DNA from: a virus
Lineage: Duplodnaviria > Caudoviricetes
Reading direction: 5' to 3' (one strand)
Length of the DNA stretch: 32,516 nt
IMG/VR virus record: IMGVR_UViG_3300025751_000081
Location: 1 to 32,516 of that record
A program made the position numbers and the translations under genes. Of this stretch, positions 1-9,223 are shown piece after piece. Under the pieces are notes generated by a model. It was not told the DNA's origin. It worked only from the letters and a program-made list of their open reading frames with translations, and did not search any database. Position 1 is the stretch's first letter. Each line of letters opens with the position of its first letter.

Positions 1-210
1 CCTTCAGTTAAATCACTTGTTGATTTTGAACTTAAATCTAAATTAGCACCTGTTTGTAAATTAACTCTGGCATCTGCTCTTGCATCTGTGTAGTAAAGAT
101 TTGTACCTTCAGTTAAATCACTTGTTGATTTTGAACTTAAATCTAAATTAGCACCTGTTTGTAAATTAACTCTGGCATCTGCTCTTGCATCTGTGTAGTA
201 AAGATTTGTA
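1..210. repeat. Two exact tandem 105-bp repeats (35 aa: [35 protein letters not shown])
   Basis: 1-105 is identical to 106-210 by direct reading. Confidence 0.95.
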
Positions 211-3200
211 CCCTCTGTTAAATCTGTTGTGGTTTTGCCTGAAAATGCTGTGTCAAATCTTGTGCTTGTATAGTATAAGTTTGTAGTTCCTTCACTAACA
301 TCATCTGTAGTTTTGGTTGCTAATCTTGTGTCAAAATCTGTGTTTGCTCTTGCAGTTGTGTAGTAAAGGTTTGTGCTACCTTCTGCTAAATCATCTGTGG
401 TGTTGTTGCTTAAATCATCTTCTGTAGGTGTTGTCCAACTTAAAACACCACTGCCATTAGTTGTTAATACCTGTCCATTTGTACCGTCACTGGTTGGATA
501 TTTGATGCCATTTAATTCAACACCTGCATCACAAATTGCATACACACTAGCTGAGCTTACTGTGGTGCTTGCCGCATCAGCAAGTTTGCCCCAAAGTTTA
601 CTAAGCAAAATTTGATTTGGATACACACTGGTTGCACCTGTAACACTGCCTGTGATTGTGTTTGCTAAAACACCTTGATCCCAAGTACCTGTCAAATTAC
701 CAACCATAATAGATGATAAACCAGGTTGTTCTAAAATTTCTGCTGTGGCTCCTGTGTTGGCTTGTGTAATAGTTTCGCCAACGGAAAATGTTTGATTTGC
801 ATTTAATCTAAATTCCCAACATTTGCTGTCAAGTGTTGTAATTAAATCTGCACCACTAACACCTGCACCTGCTACTTTAATGCCAGCACCTAATGGCATT
901 GGGTCGTTGCCTATTTGCTCGTGTCCTCCAAAACCGCCACTCCATACTAAATTGGTTGTGCTGTAATCATCAATATCATAGTTACCTAAATATACAAAAT
1001 TACTGCCACTTGATATTGATGCATTAGCAGTCATTTCTAAATCACCACCATTAAATGGTTGTATTTTGATATTGTCCTGCGGATTGCCTGGTAAAATAAT
1101 TTGATTTATGTCTTTGGTTGTTTGTTCATATGAATGATTTTGATCAATATTTTCTCTACCAATAGTAGTTGTTGTGGTTAGATATAAATCACCACCTGCT
1201 CTACTATCTGGTGCTCCCGCAGAAATATATTTTTTATTACTGCCTGGCTCAATAGGTGCTCCATAATCACCACCAATCCAAATTCTGCCCCATTTGTTTA
1301 ATCTATTATAAATTCCGTTATCATTATTAAATTCAATATTTTCATAGGTCCAACTGCCTGTTTCATCTTTAAAATTTGGATATGTTGTTAAAAATACATC
1401 ACCACCAAATTCTTTTTGTGAATTTGTTCCGTCTTGTGCAGATGTTCCGATTTCTATAAATGGATGCCTTTTTTGTTCTTCAACACCGCTAGCATTGGTT
1501 ACTTTTTTTGTAGTAAAGTTGCCAGTAATTGTTGTTGGAACAAATGTGTGATCTGCACTAGTTGTTGATGTAGTATTTTTAATTCCAATACCATTGTTAA
1601 AATTTCCATAAGTAAGTGTTTGATCATCAGTAACTACAAAATATGTTGTTTCATTTTGATTTGCTTGTCCAATTTCTGGCACAGTGTAGGTGTGTATGAT
1701 GCCATTGTTTTGACTGCTACCATCACCACCATATACAATTTTAGGAGCACCATAAGTAGGATCCCCCCAAGTTATACCAGCGCCTGATGTGTATGTTTGT
1801 AGTTCTAAATTTTGTGATTTTAAATCACCATATGTTTTTAAGTTTTGTATACTAGGACTACCGCTTGTACTTAATTCAACATCACCTAGTATACGAAGAC
1901 CACCATTTGTATGTAAAATAAGTTCACCATTGGTTTCTTTAATTATACTATCACTAGAACCGCTGTATATTTCTACATTGCCAACATGTAAATCAGTAAC
2001 TGCTGAGTTTTGTCCAATTGCAACACCATCAATTGTGCCACCATTAATATCAACAGTGCTAAATGTTTGAGTGCCTGTAAATGTATTGTTGGCTGTAGTA
2101 ACAGCATAATTTTGTGTAGAATGGTCACCCCATCCATAAGCAGTGTCCCATTGACCAACTTTTGTGTCAGTGATTGTATTAGTGCCCATGTCAATGTTGT
2201 TGCCATTAGCATCCAATGTTCCGCCTAATTGTGGTGTTGTGTCAAAAACTAAATCAGTTGTAACATCAGCAAAACTTAATTGTCCTGCACCATCTGTTTT
2301 TAATATTTGATTTGCGGTACCATCTGCTTGTGGCCATTTTATTCCATCAATAATTACTTCACCTGATGTGTTGTCTGGATTTAATTCTAAATCATCAGTT
2401 TTAAGTACTATGTTTGCACCGCTGCCATTTGCTTGTAAAATTTGTAATATAGCACCACTGTTTCTATTAACAATTGATCTTGTGTTAGTGTCATTTTTAC
2501 CTAGCAAAATTTGAGGAGCATCTAAATAAACTTTATCACCACTAGCCCAAATATCAGTGGTTGCTTGTAATAGTATTTCTCTGCTTGAAACTAAGTCAAT
2601 GTCATCTGTTGCTCCGCCGCCTGTTGATACAATTGAAGCTCCATTAACATCCAAATCCCCGCCAAGTTGTGGTGTTGTGTCCTCTACTACATTGTTAATT
2701 GATACTGCCTGTGCCGCTGTTTGTGCTCTTGCATCTGTGTAATATAAATTTGTTTGTTCAGGTATAACAGAAGTGTTAATTGGATTTACACCACTGGTGT
2801 TCAACATTGTAGAGTCTACGCCGCTGGCACTTATGTTTAGTGTCAATCTACCAAGTGTGTCATTGTAAGTGCCATCTATACCATCGCCAGCATATATGGT
2901 GTCTGCAATTTCATCTTCAACTCTTTCTGCTGTGTAGTATAAATTTGTGCTTCCTTCTGCTAGATCATCTGTGGTTTTGGTTGCAAGTCTTGTGTCAAAA
3001 TCTGCATTTGAAAAATTATCGTCATCAGCAACTGCCCAATTTGAACCGTTGTATTTTAAAATTTTGTCTGTGGCTACACCTGTGGTGTCAACATCTGTTA
3101 AATCATTTAGTGATGATGCTGTGGTAGATGCTGTTACATCACCGTCTGCATCAAAAGCCAAATATTTGTTTGCTCTTGTGGTTTTGTTAGGAATTGTAAG

Positions 3201-3851
3201 GCTAACACTTATGTCACCATTTGAATAAAAACTGTCGCTGTCTGTTGCATCAATTCTAATACTTTGCTCTCTTACACGCTTGTTGTCTCTTGATACAATG
3301 TTGATGTTGTCAAATTCTTCATTAAATGTTGATGCACTAATTGTGCCACCATTTGAAAAATCTGTTGTTCTAGTTGGTGTTCTGTCACTGATAATAAGAA
3401 TGCTACCACTTGCTGGTGCTGTTCTAAATGCAACTGTGCCTGTGGATGCTGTGCCGTCAACAGTGTCATTTATTTCATATGCAGTGCCGCCGCCTGTGAA
3501 AGAAACTGTTGGGGATGTAGTATATCCTGTGCCGCTAGCGGTAACTGTGATAGATGTTACTGCACCTCCACTTATTGTTGCCGTTGCTGTAGCGCCACTA
3601 CCACCACCCCCTGACAATACCACTGTTGGTGCTACTGTATAATTGGTACCTGCTGTGCCTACTGCAATGCTTGTTACTGCGCCTGCAGACACAGTTGCTA
3701 TTGCTGTGGCTTTTGTACCTTGTGTTTGTAGCGTGGTATCGTTGTAAACTTTTAGATCACTGGTATTCATAATCTCAAAACTGAATGGAAAATCAGTGGT
3801 TGAGTTATTTGCTGTGTATTTTATGCGTGGTGTTGTGTTTGAAACTGCCAT
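1..3851 (-). CDS. Tail fibre protein, N-terminal part (T7 gp17-like N-terminal domain); runs off the left edge and continues at 32497..31456
   Basis: Not in the ORF track because it runs off the edge. ATG at 3851 with GAGGA SD; [27 protein letters not shown]...[21 protein letters not shown] is a typical podovirus fibre adaptor. Contains NLYYTDARA and DTTPQLGG repeats. Frame spot-checked open at 3851-3280, 960-1020 and 1-210. Confidence 0.9.
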   Translation of the reverse strand, partial: MAVSNTTPRIKYTANNSTTDFPFSFEIMNTSDLKVYNDTTLQTQGTKATAIATVSAGAVTSIAVGTAGTNYTVAPTVVLSGGGGSGATATATISGGAVTSITVTASGTGYTTSPTVSFTGGGTAYEINDTVDGTASTGTVAFRTAPASGSILIISDRTPTRTTDFSNGGTISASTFNEEFDNINIVSRDNKRVREQSIRIDATDSDSFYSNGDISVSLTIPNKTTRANKYLAFDADGDVTASTTASSLNDLTDVDTTGVATDKILKYNGSNWAVADDDNFSNADFDTRLATKTTDDLAEGSTNLYYTAERVEDEIADTIYAGDGIDGTYNDTLGRLTLNISASGVDSTMLNTSGVNPINTSVIPEQTNLYYTDARAQTAAQAVSINNVVEDTTPQLGGDLDVNGASIVSTGGGATDDIDLVSSREILLQATTDIWASGDKVYLDAPQILLGKNDTNTRSIVNRNSGAILQILQANGSGANIVLKTDDLELNPDNTSGEVIIDGIKWPQADGTANQILKTDGAGQLSFADVTTDLVFDTTPQLGGTLDANGNNIDMGTNTITDTKVGQWDTAYGWGDHSTQNYAVTTANNTFTGTQTFSTVDINGGTIDGVAIGQNSAVTDLHVGNVEIYSGSSDSIIKETNGELILHTNGGLRILGDVELSTSGSPSIQNLKTYGDLKSQNLELQTYTSGAGITWGDPTYGAPKIVYGGDGSSQNNGIIHTYTVPEIGQANQNETTYFVVTDDQTLTYGNFNNGIGIKNTTSTTSADHTFVPTTITGNFTTKKVTNASGVEEQKRHPFIEIGTSAQDGTNSQKEFGGDVFLTTYPNFKDETGSWTYENIEFNNDNGIYNRLNKWGRIWIGGDYGAPIEPGSNKKYISAGAPDSRAGGDLYLTTTTTIGRENIDQNHSYEQTTKDINQIILPGNPQDNIKIQPFNGGDLEMTANASISSGSNFVYLGNYDIDDYSTTNLVWSGGFGGHEQIGNDPMPLGAGIKVAGAGVSGADLITTLDSKCWEFRLNANQTFSVGETITQANTGATAEILEQPGLSSIMVGNLTGTWDQGVLANTITGSVTGATSVYPNQILLSKLWGKLADAASTTVSSASVYAICDAGVELNGIKYPTSDGTNGQVLTTNGSGVLSWTTPTEDDLSNNTTDDLAEGSTNLYYTTARANTDFDTRLATKTTDDVSEGTTNLYYTSTRFDTAFSGKTTTDLTEGTNLYYTDARADARVNLQTGANLDLSSKSTSDLTEGTNLYYTDARADARVNLQTGANLDLSSKSTSDLTE

Positions 3852-3872
3852 ATTCTATATAATCCTCGTAAG

Positions 3873-3879
3873 TATTTAT
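3873..3879 (-). promoter_or_regulatory. T4-late-type promoter motif ATAAATA upstream of tail fibre
   Basis: Minus strand reads aaATAAATActtacGAGGAttatatagaatATG. Confidence 0.7.
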
Positions 3880-6710
3880 TTTAGTATTTGATTCCACTCT
3901 AACTTAAATTGCCCACCCATTCGTTCATCAACAGCATAACTGTCTCTGCGTTTTTGCTTACGGTAATATGCTTCTGGGTCTAGTATTTCTTCTATTGAAT
4001 CAAGCATTTCATATTTGAAATATGTCAACGGAAAACCTGTTGGAAATGCAATTGCGGCAATGTCTTTAATAACTTTGTTTGTCAAACTTAAATAACCTTG
4101 TGGATTATCAAATCCATCTTTGGCAACTGTTGCTGGTGCACCCAATATATCTGCTGTCAAATCAACCCAATAATCCAATGCAGGACCCATCAAGTTTCTA
4201 AATGCATCATCTCTAAATTCTTTTGATGTAAAAAAGTCTTCATCAAACACATTTGCTAAATTGGTAATCATCATTTCTGCAAACGGATACACAGCCAATT
4301 GTCCAAGCACAGGTGTTCTTGTAAATGCTCGTTTGTATAATTCTGCATCATCAAATGCATATGGCATTCTTCCGCTGGCAATTTGTGTTAATTGTGTGTA
4401 CACCACAGCACCTACAAATGTAAATGCCATCACAGTAGCCATTGATTTAATTACACCAATGTTGCCACCATCTTGTAATTCTTTGCCATGCATTCTTCTA
4501 CCAACTGAAAAAGAAAATGATTTAAACTGTGTAACAGTTTTCAACAATGAACCAATAATACCAACTGCACTGCTGTCTGTGGTATAAAAAGCTAAACGCA
4601 TTTTTTCAGTATCGCCCGGTCTAATTCTTGACAATCCATCAACATTACTGCCAAAAAACTTGTGCCATTTGTCAAACAAACTTGCTCGTCTCAACACAGT
4701 TTTTCCAACTTCTCTTGTTTCTACTGAGCCACCTGCAAGTTGAAACATGTCAAAAATTTTATTGCCATGTTGATCTTTAATAAACGCACCGTTGGCAAAT
4801 GCTTGTAGAGTTTGATTGTAATCTTGCTCTGTAAAACCATGTCTTTTTAATTCTTTGATCCAATTTTTGGTGTATTCACCTTGTTGTAATTCTGCCCATT
4901 TTTTACCACTGCTTAATGCATCAGTAACATTTCTAGTCAACACATCATAACCTGCCGCCGCTTGTCCATCTGATAACCATGTTGATCCTGTCCAACGCAT
5001 AAAATTATTTGCCCAACGCTCTGATGCTCTTTGAAAACCACCTTCTGTAAATGTACTGCTCATTGTGTTGTACAAACGCATCTGTGTAGCACCCATCATA
5101 TGTTCAATGGCATAACCAGCTCGCTCTGCCGCTTCTCTGCCGGCTTTATCTCTTTTCCAAGGTGCAAGTCCACGCAACGCTCTGTGACTTTTGCCAAACC
5201 ATCTTTTGTTAGCTCTGCTTAATCTTGCATATGCAAAAAATGGTTCTGTTGTAATTTGTTCAACAGGTATAAATCCCAAGTGCAACACATTGATGTTTCT
5301 CATGAATGTAAATGCTCTTGCAAGTGCGGCTCTGTTGACTTGTGATGGTTCTCTAGTTGCTCTTAAATGTGCGGCAAACACTTTGTAAGGATTGCCACTT
5401 GCAAATTTTAATTCTGGATTGTTGTTCAACAATCTTTCTATTTCTCTCAAGTATGCTTCAGTATCAACACCAGTCATTCTGTTAAGTGCATTTTCTTCAC
5501 TTAATCTTTGAAACTGATGAAACACTGCTTGTATAGGTTCTTCTGATGTATAATTTGATCTTATGGTGTATTCAGCATCTGCATTTCTAAACAATAGATA
5601 GTGTGATTGTCCCATGCCTCCACCAAAATCAACATCTTTGTAGTTGGTTGTTGCATCCCACAGTTTGCCACTAATTTTGTCCAACTCCATTTCAATTTCT
5701 AACTGTGTTGCATTTTCTATATTAAAATCTTCTTTGCTTTGTTTGATGTTAAGTGGATCAAGTTTGCCACGCATCTCACCAATAAATTCATCTCTTGATA
5801 ATTTTGCAAGTTGCAAGGGATTAAACTGCACTCTGTCTGCAAAATGCATGTTTGTTAAATTACCACCCACTTCTAAATTTTCTGCTTGTATCCATTGAAA
5901 TGCATCATGCATGTTTTTAACCAACACAGTTGCATAGTCTTGTTTTTGTGGATTGTAATTTTGTTTACGCACAAAGTTTTGTTTTTCTTCGTATATACGC
6001 AACATTGTGTTTTTGTCTTTTAATTTTTTTACCCATTTAGGATCATATGCTTTCATTTTTGCATTTACATTGTTCCAAAAATATTTGGCCATGTTTGAAC
6101 TTTTTAAATCTTCTAATCCGTTACCTTTTTGAAAGTTGTTGTTGGCAAGCAATCCCATCATCACATGAAACAATAGATCCTCTTGATTGCCTTTTTTACC
6201 TGCTGTGTCACGATACATTTTGGCTTCTTTGATTGCATTTTTAAAACCAGGTACCTGATCTATGCCTGTGCTGTATGCTTCTTGTGCCTTAATAAAGTCA
6301 TCACTCAAAAACCATTTGACTGTGTTTTCAATATCGCCAACAGTTTCAACAGCTTTTACAATGCTAGGAAATTTTTTATTGAATTGTAGATCTTTGTATT
6401 TTTTTACAACATCACTGGCTTCACGCAACACATATGCAAACGCACTCATGTCATCTGCATAACCTTTTTGTTGCATAGTATCTCGCCAAGCTGGTATGTC
6501 ACTGGCTGGTGTAGTTTTTAATACTTCTTCAACATAGTTTTCTACTTGTGTTTTTGTGACCAAACCTGTTTTGTTGGTTTTGATAACAGCATCAAATTCT
6601 TCATAAAACTTTCTAATGTTTTGATCAAACACTCTTGCAACTTGAAAGTCGTCTGCATTCATTTCATCTAATGTTGCACCACTAAAAATATTTTTACATT
6701 TCAATGCCAT
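3876..6710 (-). CDS. Large internal virion (ejection) protein, gp16-like position
   Basis: 944 aa, last ejection gene before the fibre. The QFKSF...RMHG segment followed by a hydrophobic helix is typical of this class. TAATG-coupled to the upstream gene. Confidence 0.7.
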   Translation of the reverse strand: MALKCKNIFSGATLDEMNADDFQVARVFDQNIRKFYEEFDAVIKTNKTGLVTKTQVENYVEEVLKTTPASDIPAWRDTMQQKGYADDMSAFAYVLREASDVVKKYKDLQFNKKFPSIVKAVETVGDIENTVKWFLSDDFIKAQEAYSTGIDQVPGFKNAIKEAKMYRDTAGKKGNQEDLLFHVMMGLLANNNFQKGNGLEDLKSSNMAKYFWNNVNAKMKAYDPKWVKKLKDKNTMLRIYEEKQNFVRKQNYNPQKQDYATVLVKNMHDAFQWIQAENLEVGGNLTNMHFADRVQFNPLQLAKLSRDEFIGEMRGKLDPLNIKQSKEDFNIENATQLEIEMELDKISGKLWDATTNYKDVDFGGGMGQSHYLLFRNADAEYTIRSNYTSEEPIQAVFHQFQRLSEENALNRMTGVDTEAYLREIERLLNNNPELKFASGNPYKVFAAHLRATREPSQVNRAALARAFTFMRNINVLHLGFIPVEQITTEPFFAYARLSRANKRWFGKSHRALRGLAPWKRDKAGREAAERAGYAIEHMMGATQMRLYNTMSSTFTEGGFQRASERWANNFMRWTGSTWLSDGQAAAGYDVLTRNVTDALSSGKKWAELQQGEYTKNWIKELKRHGFTEQDYNQTLQAFANGAFIKDQHGNKIFDMFQLAGGSVETREVGKTVLRRASLFDKWHKFFGSNVDGLSRIRPGDTEKMRLAFYTTDSSAVGIIGSLLKTVTQFKSFSFSVGRRMHGKELQDGGNIGVIKSMATVMAFTFVGAVVYTQLTQIASGRMPYAFDDAELYKRAFTRTPVLGQLAVYPFAEMMITNLANVFDEDFFTSKEFRDDAFRNLMGPALDYWVDLTADILGAPATVAKDGFDNPQGYLSLTNKVIKDIAAIAFPTGFPLTYFKYEMLDSIEEILDPEAYYRKQKRRDSYAVDERMGGQFKLEWNQILK

Positions 6711-9223
6711 TACGCTAATCCTTTTAATAATTCATTTATGTGACAAGCTAGGTATTGTTTGCCTTTGACATCATCAACCATGTCTTTGAATACTTCGCCT
6801 TTGATTGCTCTGCCGTAGCTCATGTCAATCATTTTAATAACAGGTGTCATATCAATTCTACCTGCATCAACAAATTTACCTTTTTGTTGTTTTGTTAATT
6901 TGTAAACTCTGCCGCCTTCTAAAATGTATTTGGCAGTTTTTCTATCTGCTTTTCTTTTTGGCACATATTCCCATTTGGTATCAGGAAATGCGTCAATCAT
7001 TTCTCTGTTGTCAATGTAGTTAAATATTGCATCAACATCATTGTTTCTCATTCTTTTTGATAAATTTAATTTTACTTCATCGCGATATGTTGCAATCGTA
7101 TCATCATTCAATTGCAATTTGGTTTGCTCTGATCTTTTTTCATTGTCTCTAATTCTTCTTTTGACAACTGCTTCTACTCTACTGTTGGGTGCCGCCACTG
7201 ACTCTTGTTCTATTCTTTGAAACTCTGACACACTTATTTCACCTTTGAGTAATTTTTTTCTTGCTCGTTCTAAGTTTGTGTTTGTGGCTTTTTGTAATTG
7301 TGCAATTTGTTTTGTTAATATGTTGTTTTGTTCAACTGCTGTTACCACTTTAGGATCACTAGCATCTGTGTTGTTGTTAATAATTTTTTGATTTTCATCA
7401 ATCAATTCTTGTGTTGCTTCTATGCGTTTGTCTAAATTTGTTTTGATTGCAACATCAACTGTGTTTGCGTTGTTCATTTCAATTGCTTCTTTCATTTCAT
7501 CTGTGGTTTTAAATTTAGGGTCATTTAATATTTCAATACTTTTCAACGGTATTTCAGGTGTCTTTTTAAGTTGAATTGCAAGTTCATCTAACGGCACACC
7601 TTGTTCAAGTCCGTTGAGTTTGTTTTTCATAATTAATTCTTGTATGGCACGCATGTCACTGTTTACATCCCAATGTGGTGTTTGCATCAATGTGTTGAAG
7701 TATGTAGTACTTAACCATTGTTCTGCTCTTGCACCTTCTAAATTATCTGGCACTGCCAACGGTTCATATTTGCCTGTTGCAGGATTTAATTCTTGTATGA
7801 AACCTGCTTTGGTATAGTCGTATGTGCCATCTGTTTTTTTCAAAAACAAATCATTTGCACTAACTATTTCATCAGTGTTTATCAGTCTTAATCTTTTTCT
7901 TGTGCCAGCAACATTGGTTGTTATTTCATAAACTTCAAATTGTCTAACACCTGACTTGTCTTTTCTTAGCACAATTTCTTGTTCTAAGTTTGCTTCATTT
8001 CTAATTGCAGTTTCTTGTGCTTTTGATCTTTTTGGTACTTTGCTTACAGTTCTACCATCTTCAATTACTTCAACAGGATCAGCATCTTTTAATCTCAAAC
8101 TTTTTTTGGCATCTAAATTTTTAATTGTAAATGTTTCACCTGTAGGCAATAGTTCACGCAACACTTTCAAATCAAATACTGTTAATTTTTTTATCTCAAA
8201 AACTATTTCTCCATCAGGTGTAAGTTTTGCAACTATTCTACCGTTTTGATATTTTGAAGGTAACCTTTTGCCAAATCTGTCAAACACAATTTGTTTTTTA
8301 GATCGTTGATACAATTCTTGTTTGGTCAACGGCATTGGTGGATTTTCAACTAATTTTTGATTGTTGTATTGTTCAAGATCAATAGTTAATCTTTTGCCTT
8401 TGGTTGTGGTTGGTTGTATGTCAACACCAGCAATAGGTTCTCTAGCAGGGTAAACGCTGGTGCGTTTTTCATTTTCTCTCATGCGTTTTGAACTAGGATT
8501 TAAATCTGCTTCATCACTGTTTTTGATATTTGGATTTGGATCGTTGTCTAATGCTTGATGCACTTTGTTTTGATGTTTTCTTTTGGCAACCCAATGTCCA
8601 AAACCTTCACCAACCATGCCGATACCACCACCTAATAGTGTGGCTAAGGCAATGGTTGCAACACCTTCAGTAAAACTTAATTGTTCTTGTCCACGCTCAT
8701 CATATGCAGGAACACTTAATCCAACTTCTGCGGCACCAAATGCACCACCTGTAACAGCACCATATTTGAAACCTTTCCATAATTTAGATGCAAGATTGGC
8801 TCCTTTTGCAACACCACCTACAAACGGTATAAGGTTAGTTTCATCTGCTAACAACATTGTGCCCCATTTGACTGTGGTACCAAGTATTTGTTGTCCGCCA
8901 CTTGCTCTTGCATACATTTCTTCATAGCCGCGTTCTATGTCGTAGTTACGAGCCATTTCATATGCTTTTGAAACATCCATGTTGTGGTCCCATTCAATGC
9001 CTGGTCTGTACAACGGATGTGTTTCGTTCCAATCTGTTTCTGTTATTTTTTCTTGATTGCCCCACAGTCCAAAGTTACTGCCTGCACTTTTTGCCAAACC
9101 TGTGAATGTTTCTTTTCTACCAAAGTCCCAAGCATTGCCTAAAAACCTACTGGTGTCTGGTTTGGTTTGTGGTTTGTTAAGTGGATTGTCTTGTTTCCAA
9201 ATTGTGTTGTATCTTCTAGCCAT
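6710..9223 (-). CDS. Internal virion (ejection) protein
   Basis: 837 aa; Gly/Ala-rich LLADETNLIPFVGG...TLLGGGIG region; synteny in the ejection cluster. Confidence 0.65.
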   Translation of the reverse strand: MARRYNTIWKQDNPLNKPQTKPDTSRFLGNAWDFGRKETFTGLAKSAGSNFGLWGNQEKITETDWNETHPLYRPGIEWDHNMDVSKAYEMARNYDIERGYEEMYARASGGQQILGTTVKWGTMLLADETNLIPFVGGVAKGANLASKLWKGFKYGAVTGGAFGAAEVGLSVPAYDERGQEQLSFTEGVATIALATLLGGGIGMVGEGFGHWVAKRKHQNKVHQALDNDPNPNIKNSDEADLNPSSKRMRENEKRTSVYPAREPIAGVDIQPTTTKGKRLTIDLEQYNNQKLVENPPMPLTKQELYQRSKKQIVFDRFGKRLPSKYQNGRIVAKLTPDGEIVFEIKKLTVFDLKVLRELLPTGETFTIKNLDAKKSLRLKDADPVEVIEDGRTVSKVPKRSKAQETAIRNEANLEQEIVLRKDKSGVRQFEVYEITTNVAGTRKRLRLINTDEIVSANDLFLKKTDGTYDYTKAGFIQELNPATGKYEPLAVPDNLEGARAEQWLSTTYFNTLMQTPHWDVNSDMRAIQELIMKNKLNGLEQGVPLDELAIQLKKTPEIPLKSIEILNDPKFKTTDEMKEAIEMNNANTVDVAIKTNLDKRIEATQELIDENQKIINNNTDASDPKVVTAVEQNNILTKQIAQLQKATNTNLERARKKLLKGEISVSEFQRIEQESVAAPNSRVEAVVKRRIRDNEKRSEQTKLQLNDDTIATYRDEVKLNLSKRMRNNDVDAIFNYIDNREMIDAFPDTKWEYVPKRKADRKTAKYILEGGRVYKLTKQQKGKFVDAGRIDMTPVIKMIDMSYGRAIKGEVFKDMVDDVKGKQYLACHINELLKGLA

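Noticed and set aside
1-3010. Diversity-generating retroelement acting on the fibre (as in BPP-1)
   Set aside because: No reverse transcriptase; repeat differences are not adenine-specific and all copies are in-frame coding.
6700-6720. Frameshifted or broken gp16 (837 aa + 944 aa)
   Set aside because: Clean TAATG translational coupling with an AAGGA SD indicates two genuine genes.
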